64,000 bases of DNA, taken from contig NC_045707.1 of the NCBI RefSeq assembly GCF_009834535.1, positions 60,452,001-60,516,000 of the forward strand, in the 5' to 3' direction. The position numbers and the translations under genes were made by a program. Shown here piece by piece: positions 51,954-64,000 of this stretch. The notes beneath the pieces are model-generated. The model ran no database searches. It worked only from the letters and a program-made list of their open reading frames with translations, and was not told the origin of the DNA. The stretch's first letter is position 1. Each line of letters starts with the position of its first letter. This DNA is from Camelus ferus (Eukaryota).

Positions 51954-53318
51954 AAGAAGAAAGCTGGGTAAATGTATGTGCAAAGAATGCTGAACCTTGG
52001 CATTTATTTTTCAGAGGCAGTTTCGTTACTTACTATAACAGTTTCAAAAAGTGCTAACATTTAAGTAGATATGTCAGGTTCTGACAGTCTGTATTATAAA
52101 TTTGCAGGGAGTGAATCAGCAGCTAAATGACTACAGATTTGGAAGGGATAGGAATTAAATATCAGATGAACATAAAGAATTTCTTTGCTTGTTTTTTAAA
52201 GATAAAGAGATTAGTTTTCTTCAAATGGCAGTTTAAACTTATCTTTATCAATAGGTCAGATAAGTTAAATTTCAAACATTTAACAGAAACGTATTTTTGG
52301 TATGGTTGTTTTTTGTAATGGTTTAAAACAACCTTTTTTCTTGATGAAAATTAGAAGACACTAAAAAGTATAAAGACAAAAAGTGTAACTCCACAACCTA
52401 CAGATAATTCCTTTTATTTTTGGTATTCTATATTTTTAATCATAATTGAGATCATAGTGTACTTATAAACATTAACAAAATAACTTTATTTACCACCGAC
52501 TATGTGCACTGAAGCCGCACAAAAACTCTATGATAAAGCCCGCTGATGTCCCCATAACAAAACTGAGGCAGAGGGTAATCAGGCAGTCCAAGGTCACAGG
52601 ACGTATTAGAGGTCAAGCTGGTATTAGAACCTAGACACTTACTACCTGTGCTTTTCCGCCTCTTCAAAGTGCTCAGCAGAATATCCTGGGTCATTACATA
52701 TTATGGGAAGAGTATCTTTTGAGTATTAACATTTTAAAATCTTGATATTTTTATACTGTCAGATTATTTCCAGAAAGATATACGCCAATTTATAATCCCT
52801 CTAGCAGCACATACTCATTGGTCACTATACGTGTATTAGCATGAGTAACGGAAAAAAGTTGCCAGTTTTAGAGGCAAGAGCAGCATTATTTTATTGTCTT
52901 AATTTGTATTTATGCATTTATGCTTAAACATCCTCAAAATGGAAATAAATATTTTTCATCAATGTTTTCATTTAAATGTTCATGGAGTTTTTTCCCATTT
53001 AACTCTTCAATCTACTTGGATGTTATTTTGATACCTCCCGTAAACTGCAGCTCTAACTTACCATAACACCCCCCAAAATGAACCAAAACCAGTAAATCAA
53101 ACAAACCAATTGCACCACAAAATACCAGGGACAACTTCAGAAAGAGGACAAGCCACACTATACCATAAAGTTCAAACTGGAGGTCAAGGAAAGAAGATTC
53201 TGGTGAGACAGGCTCCCTGGGGTGGTTCTTAATCCCACCTCCACCCTTACGAGTGGTGAAAAGGAAATAAAGATGAGAAGACAAAGTCAGAATTCTCATT
53301 CATCCCTCTCTGGCCTTC

Positions 53319-53677
53319 TGCCATGGACTGAATCATGCACCACCCCCTCTCAAATTCATATGTTGAAATCTTAACTTCTAATGTGATTATACCTGGGGAT
53401 AAGTCTTTAGGAGATAAGTGAGGTTAAATGAGGTCAAAAAAGTGGGGCCCTAACCCAACACTGTGGACTGTGGAGGAGGAAAGGAAAGAGGAGGAAAGGA
53501 AAGAGGTCTCTCTCACTTTCTCCCTGCCACGGGAGGACACAGGGAGAAGGTGGCTGTCTGTAAGCTAGGAAGAGAGCCCCACCTGAACATAACCATGCTG
53601 GCATCCTGATCCAGAACCGTGAGGAAATTAATTTCTGTTGTTTAAGCCACCCACTTGAGAGTAATCTGTAACAGCAA
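53319..53677 (+). mobile_element. MLT1A-like LTR
   Basis: TGCCATGGACTGAAT...AAATTCATATGTTGAA...TTTCTGTTGTTTAAGCCACCCA. Confidence 0.8.
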
Positions 53678-55471
53678 AGATTTATATATCAGAAAGAAGT
53701 CACATTTCTCTAAATTATTCTGAGCTTAAATAGAATTTCAATCAAAACTGCAAGAGGCATCCCATGGAGCTTAAGGAACTGATTCTAAAACATGTAATTA
53801 TTCTAAAAACTTACAGTATAAAGGGCCAAAAAGAGCTAAGATATTCCTGAGACACAACAAAGTTGGGACGCTTGGCCCACCAGACATCACAAGTCAATAA
53901 CAAAGCTACAGTAATAAGATAATACGGAACTGGCACAGGCAAGTAGATCAACCAACTGAATAAAGGAAATGATAAACACCAAGGCTGATACTGCAACTGA
54001 AAGGAAAGAGGTGTGTTGGAGCAATGAGTTCTCTAATGAGCAGAAAGATACATCATTCATTATACACAGTAGTCAAATACACATGAAGTAAGAACTTTTA
54101 TAAGAGAATATCTTTAACGACTTCAGAGAAACCTGCACATGTGCACAAAAAATATACAAGAATATTTGTAGAAATATTGTTGAAATTCACAGAAGGTGAT
54201 GATTGGATTCCTAAAGATAGGTATTAAAAAGCTTAGAAAACATGAGAAGGAAACCAGGAGAGATACATATAAAACTGAAGAAGTCCTAATAGTAAACTAT
54301 AGGAAAAAATGCTTAAAAGGAAAATGCATAGGAGAGAATGGTGAAAATGATAATTTTGCACTGTTTTCCTTTTTACGTATGTAATCACCTCCAGTTCCAG
54401 AAGTTCTTCACATCCATCTTAAGTTTAAGAAGCTTGATTTAACTTATATAAACTTAAAGTCTGATTGAAAAATAATTTTTTTAGACACAAAATTTGTAAT
54501 AATCTATTTCAAAAGTGATGTCAACACAATAATAGTTGACTGTACTGGTTGTGACAGTGGATTTTAGATTTATTTGATTATTATAAAAGAAGTATGGTCA
54601 ATGAACAAAATTTTCAAACAAATAAAAGCACAAGAAAAAAAGTAAAATCATTCATGAATCTCACAGCCAGAGATAACCAGAGCTAAAATTACACGTACTC
54701 ATTTTCAGTTCTTATCTTTCACACATTTTAAAATTAGAATCTCTCTGTAAATACAACTTGGTATTTTTTCATGTAGTATATCCTAAGCCCACATTGTTAA
54801 GTCTTAGAAAAGTGTTTTAATGTCTATATTACCCTGTGTCAGGTGTTGCATAACTGATAAAACTATCCTCCTATTCAGGATGGTCATTTAGGTTGTTTTT
54901 CCATTTTTTTTCTTTACAGTACTATGGTAAACATCCTTGTAAATAAATCTTTGATCTTATTTATTATTATTTACTTATGAATAATTAAGAGATCAAAGGG
55001 TATTTTAAAAGCTGTTTCAACAGGTTGCCGAATTGCTTTCCAAGAAGATTTAGGAACTTAAAAATTATGTTCATAGTTTAGGACATTTGAAGATAATACT
55101 GTATCACTTCAAAGAGCTGGGTTCTATACCGGAGTCTTGATAATTATGACCTATGTAACTGTGAGCAAGACACACTACTTCTCTGAACCTCAGTTTTTCC
55201 ATCAGTTAGAAACAGCATTACAATTTATGTGGTTTACTTTTTTAATTTCAAAGAACTGTTCTGAGAACCAAATTAAATATATCTGAAAGAACTATAAGCC
55301 AAAACAGCACTGAATAAATGCAATATGTATATGGGGTAATACTTACTTAATGAATAGTAGAAAAGAATAAAAACTTATTTATTATAACAAACAGTTTATA
55401 TCAATATAAAACTCATTATCACCACAAAACACTTAAGTTGGGTAACATGAGAAACTAAAATAATATTTATA

Positions 55472-56013
55472 CAGTTGATCCTCATACTTACTAGCTAAAA
55501 TTTATTTGTAACCCCTAAATAAATATTCACAGCACTTACGCAGTCATTTGTGAATATGTGCAAAGCAACAAGAAACACAAGTTGCCCAATGCACACATTT
55601 CCAAGGCAATACTCTGCCTTCTTATTTCCTATTTGTATGAACTTGCTGTTTAAAAATGGTCTCCAAGCATAGTGCTGAAGTGCCATCTGATGTTCCTAAG
55701 AGCAAGAAGGCTGTGCTGTGCCTCACAGAGCAAATGTATGTGTTAGATATGCTTTGTTCTGGCATGGGTTACAGTGCTGTTGGCCGTGAGTTCAATGTTA
55801 ATGAACCAACGATAAATATTAAATTTGGTGTTTAAACAGAAACATATGTAAAACAAGGTTATGTACTGAATGGTTGACAAAAATGGTGTGACCAGATCCT
55901 TGCAGGAATCTAACCTTCTTTTTCTCCTACGAGTAATGGGTTCAATATTTAATAATTCATCATTTACAGTAACTTTATAGAACACAACTATTGTAAACAA
56001 TAAAAATGGACTG
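55472..56013 (-). mobile_element. MER82-like TcMar-Tigger element
   Basis: TA-CAGTTGATCCTCAT ... GGACTG-TA termini; internal GTTGGCCGTGAGTTCAATGTTAATGAA. Confidence 0.7.
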
Positions 56014-57015
56014 TAATTGTATTTTTCAAAATTAGTCTAATCAGCTTCAATTACATATGTACTCCTGAGTTGCATGAGGAAAGTGGCAGAAGCAACAGCA
56101 GAGAGGCTGAGGTCAGCAAGAGAGACAGTCCACATATTAATTAACATTCTGTTCAGAACAGTAACAAGTCACTGAATACTGCATACCATTTAAAATATCT
56201 TACATATTTTTATAGTAATATTTTAAAAAATGATTGGTTAACATTTATGAAACATACCTTTATTATACTAAAACAGACATACTAATTAAACTTTTGCTAT
56301 TAAAAATATCAAATGTTGACACTGGCCTTATTTCTGTGATACACACATATGCACACACACATTTACATTCAAATTACATTACTTTTGAAAAGTATACTAC
56401 ATTGAAATAATTTGCTGAAGTTAGCAAATATTTGAAGATACAGCATTACATGCTTTACATGAAGCAAAAAAGAAAATTAACTGTTACCGATCACAGCAAA
56501 ACAGTAAGCTGTGATATTAAGAAAACACTTAGAGAAAATAGTTTTACATTGAAAATCACAGTTTAGTAAAAAGGTTTAGAACTTGTCTTATAGAATCAAA
56601 GACACGTTTCTACCCCAGCTTATTAAAGACTAGCTGTGTGGCCTCGGGCAAGGACACTAGCTAACCTATTTAAGCCTAAATTTTCTCATCTATAAAATAG
56701 AGACAACAGTACTAACATATAGGATGTGTACTCAATTAGCACAAAGTATTTAAGAAAATGCCCCTAAAAACTCAATAAATGGTATCTATTATTGATGCTG
56801 TTATTAAAAGCAGCTTTCAAAAGCAATTTATTAAATATGAAACATTTAAAAACAGTATTTACATTAGCTCACATTTAGTATTTTTCTAGGAATACTGTTT
56901 TACTGTAGCAAGCATATTGTGAGTAGCTCAGTCCTAATGTTAAATTATTGTTAAACATTTGTCTAAATAACGAACAAAAATTACTTTAGTTAAGAGCTTT
57001 ATAACCAAAGGATAT

Positions 57016-57116
57016 CATTCCAAAACCAGAAGAACCATGTCACATACATCCAGAATTTGGTTGCCAAATATATTCCAAGGGGCAATGCACTATGCATTGA
57101 ATGATCAAAAAAGGAT
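57016..57116 (-). CDS. ZDHHC17: ZDHHC17 exon (about 10) SFFDHSMHSALPLGIYLATKFWMYVTWFFWFWN
   Basis: ttacag|A ... G|ATATCCTTT (U12 donor); 101 nt. Confidence 0.95.
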
Positions 57117-58423
57117 CTGTAAAACATAAGTTTTATAAAATTTGAACTCTATTTCATTGTACAAAATGAATATTTATTTATTTAAATGGAAATTATATAC
57201 ATTCTTCATAGTAAGCTCTTAATCAAAATCCAGAAGTTCAGGTTGCTTAAATACTAAGGCTGTTTTCATAGTAATCAATAAGAAATGAATTCACAGCTGA
57301 ATGGCTCAGCAAGAATCTGAAGCTCCTTTGAATTCATCAAGAATTGAAATTAAATTCTACGTACTTTTCAACTTCAGAATTTCAATGTACTCCTATTCTC
57401 TAAGTCAATAACTCACTTCAGTGTATATAGTAACTCTACCATCCAGCATATTACTCACCAAAGACATGTTATAATATTAACTAATGAGAACACAGCAATC
57501 CTCAAGTTTTTCTCTACGTTCATCATTATTTCTCCTTACCTACATACTCCCATTAAGTTTTCAGCACATCTTTTCAAAGAGAATGAACTGGCTAATTGAG
57601 AGGAATTAAAGGTAATTATTTACAGTGCTTAGAATTCAGGAAAAATAAATGCTAATAAATTTTATTAAGCATAAATAGGATCAACCATCCATGTAGGCTA
57701 AGTAGGAAGCCTTGGTGAATTTCTATTTAGAATAGCCTTTGGGGCACACTTAGAACACTAAAATGAGATTAAGAACCTAGAATTAAGCCTCTTCCTGAGA
57801 GTTGACGTATTAGTGTGCTACTAGGCATTCTCATCTCTGTGTGAGTTATTTTCAGAAGTCTTTTTTGAAATTCTGGTGAAAACAAGGTACTAAAGAAATG
57901 GGGATGTGCTGGATGACCAGCTAAGGATAGGAAGAAAAGGAAATGATCACAATGTTTAAAGAAAAGAGAGGGAGGAGAAAATGTTTTAAAAACGGAGCCT
58001 ACTTCGTACGCTTAGACTCCTTGTGCTAAAATCAAACCTCTTTCTTGCATACTACCTATGACCAAAGAAAATGTAATTCCTATAGAAAGGTAAGCTCAAG
58101 CATTATCGTCACCTAGAAATAAGCAATGCATACACTACATTTAGAGTTCAACAAACTCAAGTCCACTTCCACGGAAACGTTTTAAAACTGTATTTTAGAC
58201 TTAAAAAGTATTTGTTAGATTTTGTCACTAAAAGCACCTTTAGAGTCATTTTTAACAAAAATGATTTCAGACATAAATCTGCTGAAATTCTTTAACATTA
58301 AGATCAAACACGTTACATAAAGGCTGTGTTCTAAATATACAAAACAGTAATCTTATATAGCCAGGTCCAAACTACATTCTTTCATGTTCAGTTAAAAATA
58401 TAGGTAAAAAATGACACACTTAC

Positions 58424-58566
58424 TTTGAAAGAAACTGTACTGTAGCCCAAACGCCACCATACATTAGCCCTTTAATGAGCCAAGAATCAATATTCAGGTC
58501 TGCTATAAACCCAACCAGCCAAATAACTAGGAAAGGAGTTCCCAGCATTACTTTCTGCCGAAATTC
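58424..58566 (-). CDS. ZDHHC17: ZDHHC17 exon (about exon 9) EFRQKVMLGTPFLVIWLVGF...VQFLSK
   Basis: atacag|GAA ... AA|GTAAGT; 143 nt. The gene continues beyond the right end of the window. Confidence 0.96.
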
Positions 58567-59849
58567 CTGTATAGAAAAAAACAGAGGGAAAGTTTTCCAT
58601 GCTTCAAGTAACCTCAATGTGAATCACTATAATCTCTGTGAAAATGTACAACAGGGGTGAAATTCATTCATTCTGCCTACTGTGTGCAGATACTATTCAA
58701 GGTGCTAGTCTCTGTCTTCTAGAGAGTGGCACTAAATAAACAATTTAAAAGTACTTGGTGTGGAAAATGAGACTAAAAGTTGTAAGAGTGAGTCTAGATA
58801 GTCAGATACAGAAGACAGCAGTACCACCTTCTAACACGTGGATGGGCTAGAAAACAGTTCATGAAAATACCACCCCATTTTAACAAATGCATTGATAACC
58901 AAGGAGACCAGGGCAACCAGAATGACTGCAGGTCTAAGAGCTATGTCAGACAAGGAAACCTGAGTATGCTTAGCCTGGAGAAGATATTTTGAATGATACA
59001 CAGAAACAGTATATTAAAGCCTTAAAGTAAGACAGAGAATAAAATCAATCTATAGGATCTCAGAGTCCATAAAGGAGATTATGTGGTTCTGAAAACATAT
59101 CAAAGCAGAATACTTACTATTTCAGATGCAGTTCTATTTCATTTTTGTACTGATCTAATTACTGGAAGTACTCTGAAGTATAAAACCTATCTACTTCCTT
59201 GTAACATCTATCACAATTGTATCCTCAGATACAATTATCACAACTCAATTGCCTCTTCTATGTAACAACCCTTCACAAATTTATAGGCAGCTATTAAGTC
59301 TCTTGAGTCACTTCAGGTGATAAAACTATGTAAGATATTCCAGCAATGATCTAATTAAGCTCAGAATGTAAATATTACTTTCCTCATTGAATATATACCT
59401 TTCTGAAGGCCAAGATTATACTATACTTTATTTAGCACCCCTTTCATACCGTTGGCTTCTAGTAAAATAAACACTTTTTTCATATAAATGACCATGTCTT
59501 CTCCAATTCAGCCACTGTAATTCATTTTCTGAATTAAATGTGTAATTTTAACTTCGACTAATAACTAAACATATCAACTTGAGAGTTTAACTTTATGCTA
59601 AAGTAAAATATCCTTTCAATTTGTTCTTTCATCTCTAGTATATGTGAATTTTACATCCAGATATTAGAGAAGGTTTTACAACTGGGAGAAGCAAGCATAT
59701 TGGTAAAGGTGGGTATCAGCGGGAGAAAAGGTGGACATGTGTCACATCAAAAATATTTTCTAAAATTATCTTTAATTTGGTTTGTTTTTAGTCAAGACAC
59801 TTGATTTCCCCAGCAATGGCCACATTATTAAAAATTAAAATAAAATTTA

Positions 59850-62800
59850 CACACAGTAAAATTCACCCTTTTCTGTGTACAGTTCTCCAGGTTTTGATTA
59901 ATATACACAGTTGTGTAACCAGCATGAAAATCAAGACACAGAGCAGTGCTATCGAGCTGTGAAATAACCTGCACCACGAGGCCTGACCCCTGGCAAACAC
60001 TAATCTGATTTCTATCCCTCTATTTTTTCTTTGCAGGAATTTCACATAAAAGGAATCATACTGAATGCAGTCTTTTAAATCTGGCTTCTTTCCTCAGAGA
60101 ATGCATTTGACATTTATCTATGTTGTTATGTGTATTAGTAGTTCCTTTTTAATGCCAAGTAGTATTTCATTACAGGGTGTATCACAGTCTGGCTATGTAT
60201 TCCCCAGCTAAGGGATTAAGAGTTGTTTCTGGTTTCTGATGATTGTGAATAAAGTCATCATAAACACATGTAACTTTTTGTGTGAACACAAGTTCATTTC
60301 ACTTGAATAAATATGTATACATATGATTTCTGGATTTTCTTCCAAGTTGTCATTTAATATTATAATATTTTATATATTATATATTACAAAGATGTAATGG
60401 TGACGCACTGCTTATGTAGATATAAAAAATCCATTTTCTCTTATACTATGGAACTTTTCAAATATATAGTAAATTTGAAAGGATTTTATAGTGAATATCT
60501 GTATACTCACCACCTAGATTCTACAATTCAGTAGTCTGTTTTTAAATTAAACTCTTTACTTTGAAATAATTGTAGATTCACATACAGTTTTAATAAATAA
60601 CATAGACAGATCCCAAGTACTCCTTATCCAGGGTTCCCAAATGGCTAGTAACACCTTGCAAAACAGCAGTATAATACCATATCCAGGATACTGACATTGC
60701 CATGATTTAGATACACAGTCTTTCCATCACTACCAGGATTTCTCACATTGTTCTTTTACAGTAACTTCCCTCATATCCCTGCCCCTCATCCCCATATTAA
60801 CCTCTGCCAACCACTACTCTGTTCTACATTTCCATAATTTTGTCATTTCAAGAATTTTATATAAATGGAATTATACAGTGTGTAACCTTATAGGACTGGC
60901 TTTTTACTCACTGCATGTACCATTAGTTTATTCCTTTTTTTGCTGAGGAATATTCCACGGTGTGAATGTGTCAGTTTGTTTAATCATTTACTCATTGAAA
61001 ATGGACTTTGAGGTTGTTTCCATAAGTAAAGCTGCTATAAACATTCATATACAGATTTTTGTGTGAATATAAGTTCTCATTTCTCTGGGATAAATGCTTA
61101 GGAGTATAGTTTTGGTTTGTATGGTAATTGCAAGTTAAGTTTTTTAAAAGAAACTGCCAAACTGTTCTCCAGGGTGCTGTACTGTTTTACATATATATCC
61201 ACCAGCAGTCTGAGACTTTCTGCATCCTCACCAGCATCTGGTGTTCTTACAACTTTTTATTTCATTCTGATAGGTGCATAACAGTAAGTCACTGCACTTT
61301 CAATTTGCATTTCCCTAATCACTAATAAAGTGTTGAACGTATTTTCATGTGCTTATCTGCCATTTTTATATCTTCTTTGGAAAAAAAAAAATCTCCTCGT
61401 GTCTAGCCTATTTTCTAGTTGGATTATTTGATTTTTCACTGTTGGGTGTTCAAAGTTCTTTATATTTTCTGGAAATTAGTCCTTTGTTGGATATGTGGCT
61501 TGTAAATACTTTCTCCCAGTCTGGAGTCTGTCTTTTCATCTTAATAACAGGGTTTTGCAGAGGACAAAAGGGTTTAATTTTGATGACATCCTAATGATCA
61601 ACTTTTACCTTTATGGATTATGCTTTTCATTTCAAATCTCTTTGCCTAGCCCTAGATTTTTACAGTTTTATACTTATGCCTTTAACCATTTTGAGTTAAT
61701 TTTTTAAAATACAGTGTGGGCTTTAAGTAGAAGTTTATTTTTTTGCCTCTGCACATCAAAATGTCCCAGGATCAATTGTCAAAAAGACTGTCTTCCCTCC
61801 ACTGAAGTACTCTTACACTTCTGTCAAATGGCAGTGGGCGTATCTCTCTGGTTCTATTTCCAGGCTGTCTATTCTGTTCCACTGACTGCTTTATTCCTCC
61901 AGCAACACCACAGAGTCTTGATTACTGTAGCTACACAGCAGGTCTTAAAACTGCATACAGTGATTCTTCTTTTTCAAAATTGTTTTAGCTATTCTCAGTC
62001 CACTGCCTTTCCATATAAATTTTAGAAGAATCTTGGTTATACAGATTAAAAATCTTGTTGGAACTATTTAATTACATTAAATCTGTGTATTAATTTGGGA
62101 ACAATTCATACATTTACTATGCTGAGTCTTCCAATTCATGAACACAGTATGTCTCTTCATTTATTTAGATCATCCTTGATTTCTTTCACTGGTATTTAAA
62201 AATTTTCAGTATACAAGTACTTTATTTGTATTTACACCGAAGTATTTAAATCTTCTTTTTTTTGAGCAGCTTTAAGCAGTACTGTATTTTCAATTTTGAT
62301 GTCCACATGTTTATTGCAAATAAATACAAATTTAAAATGTTTATATTTTATTTTATACCCTGTGACCTTGCTGAATTCAGTTATTAGTTCTAGGAGTTTA
62401 TTTTGTAGATTCCTTGAGATTTTATATATAAACAATCATGTCAGTCACAAATAGGGATATTTTTATTATTTTTTTCCTTTCTGATCTATATGCCTTTTAA
62501 TTTCCTTTTCTTGCTTTATTCCACTAGCTAGAACTTTCAGCACTATGTTGAATAAAAACCAATAATATAAATATCCCTGCCTTGTTAGGGGGAAAGTATT
62601 CAGTCTTTCACCATTAAGTATGATGTTACATGAAGGTTTTATACATACTCTTTATAAAATTCAGAAAACTCTCCTCTATTCCTATTTTTCTGATTTTTAT
62701 CATGAATGGATATTGATCTTCATGAAATGTTTTTTCTATGTTGATTGATACAATCATGAGATTTTTCTCCTTTATTTTTGTAAATAAGATAGACTACATT

Positions 62801-62945
62801 GAATAATTTCTGAATATTAAATGAGTCTTGCATCCCTGAGATAAACCAAATTTGGTCATAGTTCCTTTTATATATAGCCAACTTCTATTTATTAATATTT
62901 TGTTAAGAATTTTTGAGGCTATATTCAAGAGGGATATTGGTCTAT
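59850..62945 (-). mobile_element. Old L1 fragments (L1MB/L1MC-like 3'UTRs and ORF2)
   Basis: Antisense L1 motifs AATTTGCATTTCCCTAAT, CTTTCAGCACTATGTTGAATA and CAGTCTTTCACCATTAAGTATGATGTT. Confidence 0.85.
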
Positions 62946-62946
62946 A

Positions 62947-63022
62947 CAGGCATACCTTGGAGATACTGTAGGTTCAGTTCAATATCACTGCAAAAAAGTG
63001 AGTATCGGAATAAAGCAAGTAA
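62947..63022. mobile_element. Tigger1 terminal fragment
   Basis: TA-CAGGCATACCTTGGAGATACTGTAGGTTCAGTTC matches the recalled Tigger1 terminus. Confidence 0.75.
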
Positions 63023-63049
63023 CAAATAAAGCAAGTAAAAGTTTTATTT

Positions 63050-64000
63050 GGAGAGGTAGCCAAAATGTCAAAATAGGATAACCCTGAATTCACCTCCTCA
63101 CAAGGACATGCCCAAATTACAACTACTTACAGAGCAACTGTCTATGAGCATGATCTGCAGATTAGCAAAACAGATTTTCCATAACTAAAGAAAAAAAGAA
63201 GGAACTACGAGACAGGTAAGAGGGGCAGAGACATGATATAATTGGGGCTTAAACCCCCAAGGTGAGTGATCCACAAATAGAAGGAATATCACAATCGTAG
63301 AGGTCCTTCCCAAAGAAGAAGGGATGAGCCTCAGCCCACCAGCCCAGGGGTCCTGCATGAGGAGAAAAAGCCCCCAGAACATCCAACTTGGAAAATCAGA
63401 AGACCCTATGTGCAGAAGAGCTGGAGGGCTATAAGAAACAGAGACTGTTCTTAAACGGCACTGGAAAAATATCACATGCTCCAAGTCCCAGCACAAAGAG
63501 GCCGTGTTTTGAAACAAGTCTGGTACAGATCCACTTGCTGATCTTGGAGAGTCCTCTGGAGAAGCAGGAGGCAAATAAGAGACTCCCTGGGGATACAGAA
63601 GCTGAGGGCAGCCATCTAGAGGAATTCCTTCCACCCAGATAATACCATGGCTGGCAAGCACCATTTCAGAATTTTCCCTCTAGTCTATTAGCACTGGGGA
63701 CCTCGCCCCACTAGCTGGGCAGCACTAGCCTCAAGCACTGCACCCCCACCCCCCGAGGTCACCCTAACAGCCAATCAACCAGCATGATATACTACATTAA
63801 CAAATTGAAGAATAAAAACCATCTGGTTACTTTAGTAGGTACATAAAAAGCTTCTGACAAAATTCAACATCATTTATGATAAAAACTCTCAACAAAGTGG
63901 GTAGAGAGGAAACACACCTCAACATAATAAAGACTGTATATAACAAACCCACAGCTGACATCATGCTCGATGGTGAAAAGCTGAAAGCATTTCCTCTAAG
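63050..64000 (+). mobile_element. L1 (L1MA9/L1M2-like) 5'UTR joined directly to the ORF2 RT region; runs off the window
   Basis: 5' end CCCTGAATTCACCTCCTC...AATTACAACTACTTACAGAGCAACT. From ~63775 a degenerate ORF2 reads ..INKLKNKNH..DKIQH.FMIKTLNKVG..KPTA.IML.GEKLKAFPL. Confidence 0.8.

Larger units (their letters stand above)
50644..57015 (-). other. ZDHHC17: U12-type (minor spliceosome) AT-AC intron, 6372 nt
   Basis: Donor ATATCCTTT (57007-57015), branch point TTCCTTAAC (50653-50661), terminal AC (50644-50645). Joining gives G|AT = Asp, in frame. Confidence 0.95.

Noticed and set aside
63185..63664. 159-aa minus-strand ORF
   Set aside because: Antisense to an old L1 5'UTR; no evidence of coding function.
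1..64000. CRISPR arrays, operons, prokaryotic defence systems, rRNA/snoRNA/miRNA genes
   Set aside because: The sequence is mammalian; I saw no regularly spaced repeat array and no RNA gene I can recognise.

Overview
Mammalian genomic DNA, probably a camelid (camel/alpaca/vicuna) because it carries two tRNA-derived SINEs of the camelid Vic-1 type and I recognised no Alu, B1, Bov-A, PRE-1 or CAN-SINE. It holds two convergent protein-coding genes. (1) The complete CSRP2 gene on + (CpG-island promoter ~17.4-18.9 kb, non-coding exon 1, five coding exons splicing to 582 nt = 193 aa with two LIM domains, polyA signal at 34709). (2) The 3' half of ZDHHC17/HIP14 on - (nine coding exons, from the TM region through the DHHC domain to the ...YQLV stop, ~2.7 kb 3'UTR, polyA signal at 38797). 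The rest is intronic or intergenic DNA rich in old L1, MIR, MLT1/LTR16 and Tigger/hAT repeats; repeat family names and boundaries come from recalled consensus and are approximate. Nearly all ORFs in the supplied track are spurious. I found no convincing new biological system. The most notable signals are a U12-type AT-AC intron in ZDHHC17, an identical 80-bp local templated copy, a sharp GC3 split inside CSRP2 (84% vs 43%), a nested and internally deleted L1, SINEs with rearranged A-boxes, CArG/CRE/AP-1 motifs and several hairpins.
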